DNA of 64,000 bases from an uncultured Pseudomonadales bacterium (GCA_964352475.1 CAYGSL010000002.1:106071-170070); one strand, 5' to 3'; counted from the first letter of the stretch, positions 28,890-40,255 are shown. The notes: generated from the letters alone by a model not told the origin. Translations and numbers: made by a program.

Positions 28890-30155
28890 CTAGCCGCCAA
28901 GAGTCATGTCGATCGCGGGCAACTTGGCCAGCTCACACTGATGTGGTGCAATGTCTTTGCTAACAGCTTTAAAATCGTTAGCTGCGTCCAGATTAATGAA
29001 ACCGGCGCCTTCTTCCTGCACACACAAACGCAAGTCGTCGGGCAGCGCACCATCAACCAGTTTGTCGGGGTTGACCACACCATCCCACAGAATGTCGGGC
29101 AAGCTGCCGGTTAAGCCATACTCCGCAATGCGCAGCGCCTTCAAGCGAACATCACCCGGTGTGCCGCCTGCGCCACTCATTTCATTGTCGTAGATAAATA
29201 TGCTTTCCGGGTAAGGGTCGAAATCTTCAGCGCTTGCTTTCTCGCTAAAAAAACCGGCCGTGAAATAGCTGGTGACTAAAATACTTGCAGTGTTATTGTC
29301 TTTTATACGGTTGTTAAACACTTCCACTTTGTCGTTGGAATTAATGACTACACCGGAGCCTGCCGGAACACTGGCAACCGGCGTACCTTCTGCGCCAAAG
29401 TTCCCAGTGTTATTGTTGTTGATCTCGTTGTTATACACGCGAGTACTGTGGCCAGGTTGTGGCAGATTAGGCATGTTAAACACCAAAATGCCACCTGTGT
29501 TGTTTACGGCTATGTTTTCATACACATCAGCGCCGATGCTGTTTTCTATCTCAATACCAGCCACGTTGTATTCAGCGCGATTTCTGCGCACAACAATATT
29601 GGTAGACTGGCCAACGTAAATTCCGGCATCTGATGCTGCAATAGCAACAGAATCTTCAATCAGTACGTTATTCATTTGCACCGGGTAAATACCGTAGGCG
29701 CCATTACTGGTTGCCGGGCCATTAGTCCATTCTGTTCGCACCCGCTGCACAATCAGGTTTTCACCTTGATTAATCTTGATGGCATCACCTTTTGTATCTT
29801 CAATGGCCAGATCCTGTAGCGTGAAATCGCTGGCGTTTACCAGCAAGCCTTCAGCGCCCTGTATCTGGTTTTTAAAACTGAGCACAGTTTTGTCCATGCC
29901 GGCGCCACGCAGCGTAACACCGTCCACATTCAAACTGAGCCCGCGGGTCATATCAAAGCGGCCTTCTGGCAGCTCTATAACGTCACCGGGCTTGGCTGAG
30001 ATCAGTTTCTGCAGCAAGGATTTCTGAAAATCGTCGGTACTATTATTGGCCGCCGACTCAACCGGCGCGGCTGTCTCCTGACCGCAGGCAAGGATAAACA
30101 CTGAAAGAGAGATCAAAAGCAAAGCGCGAAGCATAAAGTATTCCCAAAATTGCAT
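28890..30155 (-). CDS. parallel beta-helix repeat lipoprotein (NosD/CASH-like)
   Basis: 421 aa with a lipobox ILAC. Repeated xGIxVxxSxNxxVxxN turns are present ([28 protein letters not shown]..). An alternative start is at M8 (30134). Confidence 0.8.
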   Translation of the reverse strand: MQFWEYFMLRALLLISLSVFILACGQETAAPVESAANNSTDDFQKSLLQKLISAKPGDVIELPEGRFDMTRGLSLNVDGVTLRGAGMDKTVLSFKNQIQGAEGLLVNASDFTLQDLAIEDTKGDAIKINQGENLIVQRVRTEWTNGPATSNGAYGIYPVQMNNVLIEDSVAIAASDAGIYVGQSTNIVVRRNRAEYNVAGIEIENSIGADVYENIAVNNTGGILVFNMPNLPQPGHSTRVYNNEINNNNTGNFGAEGTPVASVPAGSGVVINSNDKVEVFNNRIKDNNTASILVTSYFTAGFFSEKASAEDFDPYPESIFIYDNEMSGAGGTPGDVRLKALRIAEYGLTGSLPDILWDGVVNPDKLVDGALPDDLRLCVQEEGAGFINLDAANDFKAVSKDIAPHQCELAKLPAIDMTLGG

Positions 30156-30199
30156 GGACTAATGTCGTAGGGTACCAGTTTACCGGTAGAATAAGTGTT

Positions 30200-31627
30200 A
30201 TGAAAACTGTCATTCCAAACTTTGCGGGCAAGCAAGTGCTGGTTCTCGGTGACCTGATGCTGGATCGCTATTGGGCTGGCCCCACCACGCGCATATCACC
30301 CGAAGCGCCAGTGCCCGTCACACGCGTAGATGAACAGTTTGAACGACCCGGGGGCGCTGGCAACGTGGCGCTTAATATCACCTCGCTGGGCTGCAAGGCG
30401 CGATTGCTGGGCTATGTGGGTGACGATGAATCGGCGCAGCTGCTGGAAAGTGCTCTGCAGCAAGCGGGAGTAGAGTGTCAGTTTCAGACCGTTGCCGGCC
30501 AGCAGACCGTCACCAAACTGCGTGTGCTCAGCCGCAACCAGCAATTAATGCGTCTGGATTTCGAAAAAGGTTTTGCCGACGTTAATGGAACTGAATTGCG
30601 CTGCAGTTATGAACAAGCCATCACCGGCTGTGGCGCGATCGTGCTGTCTGATTATGGTAAAGGCACACTTGCAGATACCAGGCAACTGATCGACCTGGCC
30701 CGCGCCGCCAATGTTCCGGTGCTGGTTGACCCGAAAGGCAGTGATTTTGGTAAATACCGTAAGGCGTCATTGATCACACCCAACCAGGCTGAGTTTGAAG
30801 CAGTGGTAGGACCCTGTGTTGATGATGAAGACTTATTAAAAAAAGGCGAGCAGCTGCGAAGTCAACTTGAACTGGACGCCTTGCTGGTAACGCGCAGCGA
30901 ACGCGGCATGGTGTTGTTTCAACGAGACCAGGCTGCTGTTACTTTACCAACCCGCGCACAGGAAGTGTTTGACGTTACCGGCGCCGGTGACACCGTGATA
31001 GGTACGCTGGCAGCAGCAATTGCCGCGGGTGAAAATTTTGAATCTGCAATGCAGCTGTCCAATCTGGCTGCTGGCGTGGTGGTCGGTAAAATTGGCACCG
31101 CAACAGCCAGTGTGGCTGAACTTCAGCAGGCCATGTTAATGCACGAGCCATTACCGCGCGGCGTTACCGATGAAGATCAATTGTTGGAAACACTCAAAGC
31201 GGCCAAAGCAAACAACGAGCGTATCGTTATGACCAATGGTTGCTTTGATATTTTACACGCAGGTCATGTTGCCTATCTTTCCAGCGCGGCTGAGTTGGGT
31301 GACCGACTAATCGTTGCGGTTAATGATGACGACTCGGTAAAACGTCTAAAAGGGGAAGGTCGACCGGTTAACGGCGTTCAACAACGCATGGCCGTGTTGT
31401 CTGGCCTTGAAAGCGTTGATTGGGTTGTACCGTTTAGCGAGGATACACCTGCTCGACTCATAGCAAAATTACTCCCCGACACATTGGTAAAAGGCGGTGA
31501 TTATGCTCCTGAAGAGATTGCCGGCGGTGACGCGGTTATAGCCAACGGCGGTGAGGTTCAGGTGTTGCAGTTTATAGATGGCTTGTCTACATCAGCTATT
31601 ATTTCAGCGATCAAAAAGCGAGTGTGA
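30200..31627 (+). CDS. hldE: bifunctional heptose 7-phosphate kinase / heptose 1-phosphate adenylyltransferase
   Basis: 475 aa. It has an N-terminal ribokinase-like domain (GDLMLDRYW) and a C-terminal cytidylyltransferase domain ([12 protein letters not shown]). Confidence 0.93.
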   Translation: MKTVIPNFAGKQVLVLGDLMLDRYWAGPTTRISPEAPVPVTRVDEQFERPGGAGNVALNITSLGCKARLLGYVGDDESAQLLESALQQAGVECQFQTVAGQQTVTKLRVLSRNQQLMRLDFEKGFADVNGTELRCSYEQAITGCGAIVLSDYGKGTLADTRQLIDLARAANVPVLVDPKGSDFGKYRKASLITPNQAEFEAVVGPCVDDEDLLKKGEQLRSQLELDALLVTRSERGMVLFQRDQAAVTLPTRAQEVFDVTGAGDTVIGTLAAAIAAGENFESAMQLSNLAAGVVVGKIGTATASVAELQQAMLMHEPLPRGVTDEDQLLETLKAAKANNERIVMTNGCFDILHAGHVAYLSSAAELGDRLIVAVNDDDSVKRLKGEGRPVNGVQQRMAVLSGLESVDWVVPFSEDTPARLIAKLLPDTLVKGGDYAPEEIAGGDAVIANGGEVQVLQFIDGLSTSAIISAIKKRV

Positions 31628-31646
31628 TGTGATCGACACAACAGGT

Positions 31647-32588
31647 ATGTTAGTTGTTACAGGTGGCGCCGGCTTTATTGGCAGTAATCTTGTAAAAGCA
31701 TTAAACGATGCTGGCCGCAAAGACGTGATCGTAGTTGACGATCTAAGCGACGGACACAAATTCGTAAACCTGGTTGATTGCGATATAGCCGACTATTTGC
31801 ATTTTACTGAGTTTGAGCAGCGTGTGAAAAGCGGTGAGTTCGCCGGCGTACAGGCCATCTTCCATCAGGGCGCGTGTTCAACCACCACCGAGTGGGACGG
31901 CCACTACATGATGGAGAACAACTTTCACTATTCGAAAGTGCTTCTTCACCATTGCCTGCAACACAATATTCAGTTTGTGTATGCCTCGTCTGCGGCTGTG
32001 TATGGCGGCAATCAAACCTTTGTTGAAGTGCCTGAATATGAGGCGCCGCTTAATGTGTATGGGTATTCAAAATTATTGTTCGACCAGTATGTGCGCCGGG
32101 TTGTTGATTTCGCGCGCCCGTATTCACAGGTTGCCGGCTTACGCTATTTCAACGTGTATGGCCAGCGCGAACAGCACAAAGGTAGCCAGGCCAGCGTTGC
32201 ATTTCACCTGCACAATCAGTTAAAAAATGGTGATACGGTTAAGTTGTTTGAAGGCAGTGAAAACTACCCGCCCGGCGAGCAGCGCCGGGATTTCGTATTT
32301 GTTGACGATGTGGTTGACGTAAACCAGTGGTTATTGGCAAATCCAGACGTGTGTGGCATTTTCAATGTAGGCAGCGGGCGAAGCCAAACATTTAATGACG
32401 TTGCCAATGCAGTCATCGAATTTAATGGGCGGGGCGAAATCCAGTACATTGAGTTTCCACCGGGGCTAAAAGAAGCGTATCAAAGCTTCACCCAGGCCGA
32501 TATTTCCAGCTTACGCGCCGCCGGTTACCAGCAAGAATTTAAAACCGTAGAGCAGGGCGTTAGCGAGTATCTGGCTCGTCTTGGTTAG
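31647..32588 (+). CDS. hldD: ADP-glyceromanno-heptose 6-epimerase
   Basis: The likely start is ATG 31647 ([14 protein letters not shown]). The sequence continues with ..YGYSK.., and the length matches HldD/RfaD. Confidence 0.92.
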   Translation: MLVVTGGAGFIGSNLVKALNDAGRKDVIVVDDLSDGHKFVNLVDCDIADYLHFTEFEQRVKSGEFAGVQAIFHQGACSTTTEWDGHYMMENNFHYSKVLLHHCLQHNIQFVYASSAAVYGGNQTFVEVPEYEAPLNVYGYSKLLFDQYVRRVVDFARPYSQVAGLRYFNVYGQREQHKGSQASVAFHLHNQLKNGDTVKLFEGSENYPPGEQRRDFVFVDDVVDVNQWLLANPDVCGIFNVGSGRSQTFNDVANAVIEFNGRGEIQYIEFPPGLKEAYQSFTQADISSLRAAGYQQEFKTVEQGVSEYLARLG

Positions 32589-33666
32589 TTTCTAATACCA
32601 GCTTCACTTTAGTAATCACATCCTCAGGCGTAATAAGCTTCATTACATCCGGATGCCGTACTCGCTGCCCCCATTTCACCTGGTCTATGTTTTTTTCCAT
32701 ATACCTGCGCAGCGCCTCAGGATACGCATTCGCAACATACTGCTGGAAACGGTACGGGCCGGTACGCAGAGGGTTACTGCTGGCGTATAGGCCGACCACG
32801 GGCGTGCCGGCCAAATTCGCCATGTGAGCAGGCCCGGTGTCGGGCGCAATCAGCATGCGTGCGCCAGACAGTAAAGCGTACAGTTCCCCCAGTGTGGTTT
32901 GCCCACACAAGTCCAGTAGTTGACCGCCACACTGCTGATTTATTTGCTGTGCAATTTGTCGCTCATTGTCGGCTGGGCCACCGGTCAAAACCACGGCAAA
33001 GCCGCGGTTCTGTAAATATTCGATTACCGGCTTATAGTGCTCTACCGGCCAATTCCGCCAATTGTTTCTCCGCACACTGCTGCAGGCATTGATAACAACA
33101 TACGCTTGCTTATCTTCACGTCGCTGCAATGCACTGTTACGCACCGCCGAAGGTACATCGAACTGCCAGTTCAGTGGCGTGTCGCTGAGGCCGGCTGCGC
33201 TTAAAAACGCCAGAAAACCATCCAGTACGTGCGCTTTTTCCTGCGCGGCAATTTTGTGATTGCTGAACAACCATTGATAATCTGCCGCTCGACGCTTGTC
33301 AAAACCAAGCCGCAGCGGAGATTTGATAAACAGACTTAATACGCTGGCGCGCATAGCGGCCTGCATGTGAAAAAGAATATCGAAGTGGCGGCCTTGCATG
33401 GTTTGTTTGAATTCACGCAAGCCCGACCAGCCGCTACTCTTGTCAAAAGTGATAAACTCAACGCCCTGCAGATACTGCATCAACTGATGCTCGCCTGTGC
33501 CGATCACCCAGGTAATTGCACAATCGGGCCATTGTTGTTGCATTGCGCGCACGACCGGCACAATATTTGTTGTGTCGCCTATGGCCGACAATCGCAGAAT
33601 ACAAACCGAGGCGGGTGGCTTGCTAAACGGCAATAACCTGGATTGAGAAAGTGCAGACGAAGACAT
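32560..33666 (-). CDS. glycosyltransferase family 9 (LPS heptosyltransferase family)
   Basis: [23 protein letters not shown] and the C-terminal DTGPAHMA are typical of GT9. The start is uncertain (ATG 33666, or a later TTG). The 3' end overlaps hldD by 29 nt, and the two genes are convergent. Confidence 0.82.
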   Translation of the reverse strand: MSSSALSQSRLLPFSKPPASVCILRLSAIGDTTNIVPVVRAMQQQWPDCAITWVIGTGEHQLMQYLQGVEFITFDKSSGWSGLREFKQTMQGRHFDILFHMQAAMRASVLSLFIKSPLRLGFDKRRAADYQWLFSNHKIAAQEKAHVLDGFLAFLSAAGLSDTPLNWQFDVPSAVRNSALQRREDKQAYVVINACSSVRRNNWRNWPVEHYKPVIEYLQNRGFAVVLTGGPADNERQIAQQINQQCGGQLLDLCGQTTLGELYALLSGARMLIAPDTGPAHMANLAGTPVVGLYASSNPLRTGPYRFQQYVANAYPEALRRYMEKNIDQVKWGQRVRHPDVMKLITPEDVITKVKLVLETNQDEPDTR

Positions 33667-34442
33667 ACTTGCGCGCAGGTCTGAAAGTGATTGAATACAG
33701 CGCGGCTGGCAATGCAAAAGCAAGCGGTGCTGCAAGGCAATACATCCTAGCCAGTTCCGATAGTGCTGTCGAGGACGATGCGCTGCGCAGACTGTTTGAA
33801 CAGCACAGTAAACATCTGTTGAACACTGTGGCAGACCCGGAGGTAGAGCGCGGCCGGGGCAAAGTGCATTTTTTCGAACATCAGGGTAGAAAACTGGTGT
33901 TGCGCCAGTATCGCCGTGGTGGCCTGGTGGCTGAGCTGATCAAACGCAGCTACCTGTGGATGGGCCTGGAAAATTGCAGACCTTTTTCCGAACTGAAGCT
34001 GTTAGTGGAGTTGCAGCGAAAACCCGTTAAGGCCTGCAAGCCGTATGCGGCGCGCATTATTCGCAGCGGCTTGTTCTACCAGGCCCAGCTGATTACCGAG
34101 CAGGTGGCTGATGCGCTGACTCTCGGTGAATTATTACAAAGCTCGCAGGCAAGCAATCAGGTTTTACAGGCCACTGGTGAAGTGATTCGAGCAATGCACG
34201 ATGAGAATATTCATCATGCAGACCTGAACGCCAACAATATTCTGATCAGTAACGGCGAGGCCGTGCTAATTGATTTTGACCGGGGAAGCGTGCGCCCATC
34301 GGCGCTACTGGATTGGCGCGGGGCTAATATTGAGCGCCTGCGTCGTTCCATCAACAAGCTGCAACAGCGTTATGGATTTAAGTTTAGCAATGATCAATGG
34401 CAAATTCTGTTACAGGCCTACCATAACAAAGACGCCGCTTAG
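33651..34442 (+). CDS. kdkA: 3-deoxy-D-manno-octulosonic acid kinase
   Basis: GRGKVHFF..LVLRQYRRGG..HHADLNANNILI is the KdkA pattern. The start is uncertain (ATG 33651, or GTG 33687). Confidence 0.82.
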   Translation: MQTKTYLRAGLKVIEYSAAGNAKASGAARQYILASSDSAVEDDALRRLFEQHSKHLLNTVADPEVERGRGKVHFFEHQGRKLVLRQYRRGGLVAELIKRSYLWMGLENCRPFSELKLLVELQRKPVKACKPYAARIIRSGLFYQAQLITEQVADALTLGELLQSSQASNQVLQATGEVIRAMHDENIHHADLNANNILISNGEAVLIDFDRGSVRPSALLDWRGANIERLRRSINKLQQRYGFKFSNDQWQILLQAYHNKDAA

Positions 34443-36403
34443 CTCACTACTGAGAGCACATTGTTGATTGGGTACGTTTGCCTGAACCACTCGGCAAAAT
34501 CGGCGGCAGGCAGAGGCTTGCTAATGTAATAGCCTTGCACAAAGTCGCAATTTTCTGAACGCAAAAATTCCAGTTGCTCTTCAGTTTCCACACCTTCTGC
34601 CACCACTTGCAGTTTCATGGTCTGGCCCATGCTGATAATCGTTTTGGCAATCGCGGCGTCGTCTTTGTTATGCGGCAAATCAATTACAAAGTCTCTGTCA
34701 ATTTTCAGATAATGCACTGGAAAGTGTTTCAGGTAAGCCAGTGAGGAGTAACCGGTACCAAAGTCATCAATCGCCAATTTCAAACCAAATTCATTGAGCT
34801 CGGTAAGCAACTCAACCACCGTGCTGCCTTTGTCCATGATGCCCGATTCTGTAATTTCCAGCTCCAGCATACCTGGCGACAATCCGGTATCCAGCACGGT
34901 TTGTTTTATCGTTTCGACCAGCTCAGCATTCTGAAACTGGATAGAAGAGAGGTTAACAGCAACAACGATGTCGCCCATTCCACTTTCGCGCCACAGAACT
35001 TGCTGCTTACAGGCTTGCTTTAATACCCAGTCGCCAAGTTCAATAATCAGCCCGCTTTCTTCGGCAACCGGAACAAACTCTGCGGGCGATACAAAGCCAC
35101 GCTCGGGATGGGCCCAGCGCAACAAAGCCTCAACACCTTTCAAGCGATTGTTGTTAATGTCGATAACCGGTTGATAATGCAAACTGAAATGATCATGCAG
35201 CAGGCTTTCTTGCATGTCTTCTTGCATGCGTCTTTTTGCCTGCACTTTTTGCTCTAGCTTATGGTCAAACAAACGGTATAGACCAAAGCCTGCCTGTTTG
35301 GATTGGTACAGCGCGAAATCCGCTTTCTTCATAAGCGAGGCAACGCTGCTGGCATCATCCGGGTACAGAGCAATGCCAATGCTTTGGGTTGTACCGAACT
35401 GGCAATTGTCGAAGTGAATGTTCTTTTGCCCTTCATGCAAAATATCACTGGCGTAACTCTGAATAGCGTCTCCACTGCTGATATTGGTGGCGATAACAGC
35501 GAACTCATCACCACCCAGGCGGGCGACAGTATCGGTAGTGCGCGATCTGGCCTTCAACTTGCTGGCAATAGATTTTAATAGTTCGTCTCCAGCCATGTGG
35601 CCGTAGGCGTCATTTATGTCCTTGAATTTGTCAACGTCTACCAAAATCAATGCCAGCGACAAACCGCTGCGCTCTGCTTGCTCGCTTGCCTCTTTAAGCT
35701 TTAGATTAAACAAAGTACGATTCGCAAGCCCAGTGAGGCTGTCGTAGTGGGCGAGTTCGGTGAGTTCATTAGTGTTACTCACTATTTGTCGGCGCCAGCT
35801 GGCCGCACGGCTCAATACGAATGCCCACATCAGACCCAGCACTGCTGAGAGGATGTAGTTAAACTGCCTTGCCTTGTCCTGGCTTGATCTTAGCGCCGCC
35901 CTGTTACTCATTGCCGTTGAGCTGAGTGCATTTTGCAATTCGAATTGCACTTCGTTGTACTCTGCTTTCAGGTCTCTGTAGTAGTCGTCTTGAAGTATTT
36001 GCAAGGCGCGTTCTTTGCGGGAGCTGGCGATGGCGGCAAACGCCAGATCTTCTACGGCGAGCAGGCGTTGGTTGAGCGCATCAATCTTTCTGATCGTCGC
36101 CGTTGTACTGCTCATTGTGGCTTTGCGGATACTGGAATCCAACATTGACGATGTTAAGGCGTGGCGCTGTTGCCAAATGCCCATAGGGTCGCCACTGTGC
36201 GCGGCAACCTGCGCAGACATGGCCAGAACCTCGTCGTAATAGCGAATTTCACCGGCAATTTCAGCCAGGTTTAAAACGCGCTGCATGCTGTCTTCAATGT
36301 TCAGCTGTAATTTATCGAGCTTAAGTTGCGAAAATAGAGTAGCCGCCGCGGTCAACATTACCGCAACAACAATTAGCAATTCAGATTTTCGAGTGCTTTC
36401 CAT
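34439..36403 (-). CDS. membrane sensor GGDEF/EAL protein
   Basis: 654 aa. The order is TM, helical periplasmic region, TM, then an intact GGDEF (RLGGDEFAV) and an EAL domain (GVEALLRW, EITES, DDFGTGYSS). Confidence 0.9.
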   Translation of the reverse strand: MESTRKSELLIVVAVMLTAAATLFSQLKLDKLQLNIEDSMQRVLNLAEIAGEIRYYDEVLAMSAQVAAHSGDPMGIWQQRHALTSSMLDSSIRKATMSSTTATIRKIDALNQRLLAVEDLAFAAIASSRKERALQILQDDYYRDLKAEYNEVQFELQNALSSTAMSNRAALRSSQDKARQFNYILSAVLGLMWAFVLSRAASWRRQIVSNTNELTELAHYDSLTGLANRTLFNLKLKEASEQAERSGLSLALILVDVDKFKDINDAYGHMAGDELLKSIASKLKARSRTTDTVARLGGDEFAVIATNISSGDAIQSYASDILHEGQKNIHFDNCQFGTTQSIGIALYPDDASSVASLMKKADFALYQSKQAGFGLYRLFDHKLEQKVQAKRRMQEDMQESLLHDHFSLHYQPVIDINNNRLKGVEALLRWAHPERGFVSPAEFVPVAEESGLIIELGDWVLKQACKQQVLWRESGMGDIVVAVNLSSIQFQNAELVETIKQTVLDTGLSPGMLELEITESGIMDKGSTVVELLTELNEFGLKLAIDDFGTGYSSLAYLKHFPVHYLKIDRDFVIDLPHNKDDAAIAKTIISMGQTMKLQVVAEGVETEEQLEFLRSENCDFVQGYYISKPLPAADFAEWFRQTYPINNVLSVVS

Positions 36404-36627
36404 GCGCTCTGTATGCTGCTTCAGTCCATATCTATTTCAGTGTAGATAAAATGGCCAGACATCACAGTGTCAATGCGCTGTGGTGTTTCTGCTCGCGCTG
36501 CAGCCAGGTTTCAACAAACTGAGGGATTTCAGCGCGATAAGAGAACAAACAGCAACGCGCAACGATACCGTCAGTTTATCGACAGACCACTATTCGCTAA
36601 ACGGTAGGCGACCTACCGGGCATAACG

Positions 36628-37722
36628 CTAGGCAGCGTTCAATGGCTTACTGATTTCGGCCCAGTCAATGTCATAATCATCTGGCATGTTTTCAAACTCC
36701 AGCAAGCCAAGCTCGTCGAATTTCGGCCGGACTGCATCTGTTAGCAGTCCAATTCGGCGCAGATTTGGAATGATGCGTGTGAACAACAAGTTTCGAAACT
36801 GGCTGACCAGTGGCCCTTTCAGGTACACCTCACGGGCTTCTTCCACGTTCCAGCCAAAATGTTCGAATACGCCGGTTGGAATCAAACGCTCTCTGGCAAC
36901 CACGCAAGCCTCATAGGCAAACATGGCGCGATCTTCTTTCTCCTGTTCGGAAAGCGTTTGTACGAAGGCTTCCAGATAATTAACCCCAAACGTTACGTGC
37001 CGGGCTTCATCGCGAATAATGTAATGCAGTAGTTCACCGACCAAGCTGCCCTCAGACACCATCTTCATAGTATTGAACGCAGACAATGCGAACCCCTCAA
37101 TCACTAATTGCATGCCAATGAATTTCAAATCCCAGCGCGGGTCGGTCAGAATTTTGTCCAATAGAAATTTGAGGCTTGGATCAATCGGATAACAATGGCC
37201 AATGCGGGTCTGAATCAGTTTATTGAATGCTTCTACATGGCGTGCTTCGTCGAAGGTTTGCGACGCCGCATACAGCTTGGCGTTATAACTGGGTGCGCAG
37301 CAGGCAAGCTGCGATGCCACCAGCAATGCACCTTGTTCGCCGTGCAGGAATTGCGACAATGTCCAAGCGCTGAGGTGATGATTGACTTCCTTCCTGCCCG
37401 CGTCATCCAGTTGCGCGTACGGCGGGTAGTTCAGAAAAGTATCCACGTCTGGCGCAATATCTTCTTTCATAGGCAGCGTCCAGTCTATGTCCACCTCTAC
37501 GTTCCAGTTCAACTGTTTGCCCAATTCGTAAAGCTTGCGAATGCGATCGTCCTGTACTGAATAATCCCAGTTATAGCTGCCGGCTAAAGGCGTATCAAAA
37601 ATCTCAACAATGTGTTGCACGTCGGCAGGACTCAGCTCCGGATCATCCGGACCCTTGTATTCGGCGTACTCGGGAAACTCAACTACGCCTTTTGGTGGTG
37701 TGCTGACACGTTGTATGTCCAT
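36628..37722 (-). CDS. ferritin-like di-iron carboxylate protein (R2/AurF-like superfamily)
   Basis: 364 aa with two EXXH motifs in helical context (DEARHVEAF and DEARHVTFG), plus HGEQGAL and IEGFALSAF. Confidence 0.75.
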   Translation of the reverse strand: MDIQRVSTPPKGVVEFPEYAEYKGPDDPELSPADVQHIVEIFDTPLAGSYNWDYSVQDDRIRKLYELGKQLNWNVEVDIDWTLPMKEDIAPDVDTFLNYPPYAQLDDAGRKEVNHHLSAWTLSQFLHGEQGALLVASQLACCAPSYNAKLYAASQTFDEARHVEAFNKLIQTRIGHCYPIDPSLKFLLDKILTDPRWDLKFIGMQLVIEGFALSAFNTMKMVSEGSLVGELLHYIIRDEARHVTFGVNYLEAFVQTLSEQEKEDRAMFAYEACVVARERLIPTGVFEHFGWNVEEAREVYLKGPLVSQFRNLLFTRIIPNLRRIGLLTDAVRPKFDELGLLEFENMPDDYDIDWAEISKPLNAA

Positions 37723-37829
37723 AAAAATCTCCTCTCATCGATAACATAAAGAATACGCTTGCCTAATTGGACAACAAGGTGATTGAATGCCTATATTGAG
37801 TCATTGCGGGCCATAACAGATCAATCTAT

Positions 37830-38846
37830 ATGCAAGTGAACGTTAAAGCAGCAATTCCAGGCGTAGGTGGACCCGTGCGAATGGTGCTGCTCAAAATGCT
37901 TGAAGAACGCGGTGTAAGTGTGGAAAGGCTGTGTAGCGGTACACAATTGCAGGCTTCCGCGCTGCAAGATCTGAATTATGAAATGCCGCTTGACGAGTTT
38001 GAGGCATTGTTGGTGCAAAGCCTGCGCCTGTCGGCCTGCCCCGATCTTTTGTTGCGTTACGGCCAGGAAATTAGCCTGGCCTCTCTTGGCGTGTTGGGCT
38101 ATGCCTTTATGTGTTGCGCCAACCTGCGCGAAGTGCTGGATTTGCTGCTCAGATACCACCGGCTGATTTCGCCAACCTGCGATATTCGGTATTCAGTAGG
38201 CGAAAGTGAAGTGTGCATTACCTTGCATAAAGGCTTGCTGAATTCAAAAGTTACATCAATCGACAGCGAGATTTTGTTTTCTTCAGCGACCACTGCACTC
38301 ACCAGTTTGTTGGGTGAAAACAACCTGCAACTAAGAGCGCAATTCAGTCACGCACCACCCTTGTACTCAAATGCCTATGAATCGGTGTTTGGTGACAATA
38401 TCGAATTTCAGACTGCGGTTAATAGCTTGTATTGCAACGCCGAGCTGTTGGAGCGCCCGCTGCAATTTGCCAATCCGGTGATGAAGCAAATTTACCAGCA
38501 ACAATGCGACGCCTTGCTGGAAAGAATGGAGCAGGGGCGTTATAGCATACGTGTGCAGCAGTTGTTGCTAGAGCAGCCAGGCCGCTTTCCTGGCATTGAG
38601 CAAACGGCCGATCGCTTGCAAATTGGTTCAAGAACACTAAGGCGTCGCCTGGCAGGCGAGAATACAACGTACAAGCAATTGGTACAGGAAGTGCGCTGTC
38701 AGCTGGCCGAGGAATACCTGCGCTCCAGCCCATTGTCTATTCAGGAAATAGCAGATATGTTAGATTATTCTGATGTGGCCAATTTCAGGCGCGCATTTAT
38801 TGCCTGGAAAGGTGTTTCGCCCGCTAAATTCCGCAGTCACAAATAG
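37830..38846 (+). CDS. AraC-family transcriptional regulator
   Basis: 338 aa with a C-terminal AraC HTH (IQEIADMLDYSDVANFRRAFIAWKGVSP). It is divergent from the di-iron protein gene. Confidence 0.88.
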   Translation: MQVNVKAAIPGVGGPVRMVLLKMLEERGVSVERLCSGTQLQASALQDLNYEMPLDEFEALLVQSLRLSACPDLLLRYGQEISLASLGVLGYAFMCCANLREVLDLLLRYHRLISPTCDIRYSVGESEVCITLHKGLLNSKVTSIDSEILFSSATTALTSLLGENNLQLRAQFSHAPPLYSNAYESVFGDNIEFQTAVNSLYCNAELLERPLQFANPVMKQIYQQQCDALLERMEQGRYSIRVQQLLLEQPGRFPGIEQTADRLQIGSRTLRRRLAGENTTYKQLVQEVRCQLAEEYLRSSPLSIQEIADMLDYSDVANFRRAFIAWKGVSPAKFRSHK

Positions 38847-38905
38847 CACTTGTACAATACCGCTTTCATCGCGACAATAAACTTTTGTGTGGAGCTCGCG
38901 TTTTC

Positions 38906-40255
38906 ATGCGCTTACTTGATACGCTTTTTCTAGCCAGTCTGCTATTAACCCTCACTGTCGGTGCTCACGCTGCACTACCCGCAAGCGATGGTAGCGGTAA
39001 CCCTCTGCCATCTTTGGCGCCATTAGTAGACAAGGCAACACCTGCGGTGGTGAACATAGCAACCTCTACCACACAACGCAGCAATAACCCGCTGTTCAAC
39101 GACCCTTTCTTCAGGCATTTTTTTAACGTTCCACAGCGTCAATACCGTGCCAGAAAAGTTCAGAGCGCAGGCTCCGGGGTTATTCTCGATGCGCGAGAAG
39201 GTATTGTTGTTACCAATCATCATGTGGTTAAAAATGCCGATGAAATAAGGGTTATATTGCATGATGGGCGGGTTATGGATGCAGAGCTGGTAGGCAGTGA
39301 CCCGGAAGTTGATATTGCGGTATTACGCGTAACTGCACGTAATCTTGTGCAGGTTAAAGTGGCCGATTCAAGTCGCGCTAGAGTGGGTGATTTTGTCATC
39401 GCAATCGGCAATCCGTTCGGTCTGAATCAAACAGTAACAACGGGCATCATCAGTGCTCTGGGGCGCACCGGTCTTGGCATCGAAGGCTTGGAAGATTTTA
39501 TTCAGACGGATGCCTCCATTAACCCGGGTAATTCCGGCGGTGCACTGCTTAATCTGAACGGTGAACTGGTGGGAATTAACACCGCAATTATCGCGCCGTC
39601 AGGTGGTAACGTCGGCATAGGTTTCGCGATACCGGCCAATATGGCCCTGGCCAGCGTTAGCCAGATCGTTGAATACGGCGCGGTATCGCGCGGCCGTATT
39701 GGCGTTGACACGCAAGACATCGACGAGGAATTAGCGCAGGCTTTCGACCTGCCATCGCGAGCCGGCGCCTTGATAGCAAGTATTGAACCCGGCTCGCCGG
39801 CCGATCTGGCGGGTCTGCAGGCAGGCGACGTTATTGTTCAGGTAAATAAAAAGAAGGTTAAGAGTTCGCGTTCGTATCAAAATGCCATTGCCTTGTTGCG
39901 CATTGGCGAGCAGGTCGACATTACGGTTGTTAGAAACGGCAAAAACAAAACCGTGCGTTGTGCAATTGCCGACCCGTTCGACTTTGTTAGCAACCAGTTG
40001 CAAAGTCCCATGGGTGTGCATCTGGAAGGCGCAAGATTCAAGGAGGATTCCAAACTAGGCCTGGTGGTTGTGCGACTTGAGCAGGGCTCAAATGCCTGGC
40101 AGAGCGGTTTGCGTATGAATGATGTGATACTCAGTGCAAACCGGCGCAAGGTCAGAACGGTAGAGCACCTGGACTATGCGCTAAGACTCAGCAATTCGCA
40201 GTTGCTGCTGCGGGTGTTGCGCGGCAACGCCGCACTGTATCTGGTGATAAGATAG
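38906..40255 (+). CDS. Do-family serine endopeptidase (DegP/DegQ-like, two PDZ domains)
   Basis: It has a signal peptide, TNHHV, the catalytic GNSGGAL, and two PDZ-like segments. ATG 38906 is preceded by ggag. Confidence 0.9.
   Translation: MRLLDTLFLASLLLTLTVGAHAALPASDGSGNPLPSLAPLVDKATPAVVNIATSTTQRSNNPLFNDPFFRHFFNVPQRQYRARKVQSAGSGVILDAREGIVVTNHHVVKNADEIRVILHDGRVMDAELVGSDPEVDIAVLRVTARNLVQVKVADSSRARVGDFVIAIGNPFGLNQTVTTGIISALGRTGLGIEGLEDFIQTDASINPGNSGGALLNLNGELVGINTAIIAPSGGNVGIGFAIPANMALASVSQIVEYGAVSRGRIGVDTQDIDEELAQAFDLPSRAGALIASIEPGSPADLAGLQAGDVIVQVNKKKVKSSRSYQNAIALLRIGEQVDITVVRNGKNKTVRCAIADPFDFVSNQLQSPMGVHLEGARFKEDSKLGLVVVRLEQGSNAWQSGLRMNDVILSANRRKVRTVEHLDYALRLSNSQLLLRVLRGNAALYLVIR

Noticed and set aside
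36603-36617. A hairpin, ggtagg-cga-cctacc, just downstream of the di-iron protein gene.
   Set aside because: It has a short 6-bp stem with only a weak T-tract (gttt) on the minus strand. It is a possible terminator but is not supported well enough to list as a feature.
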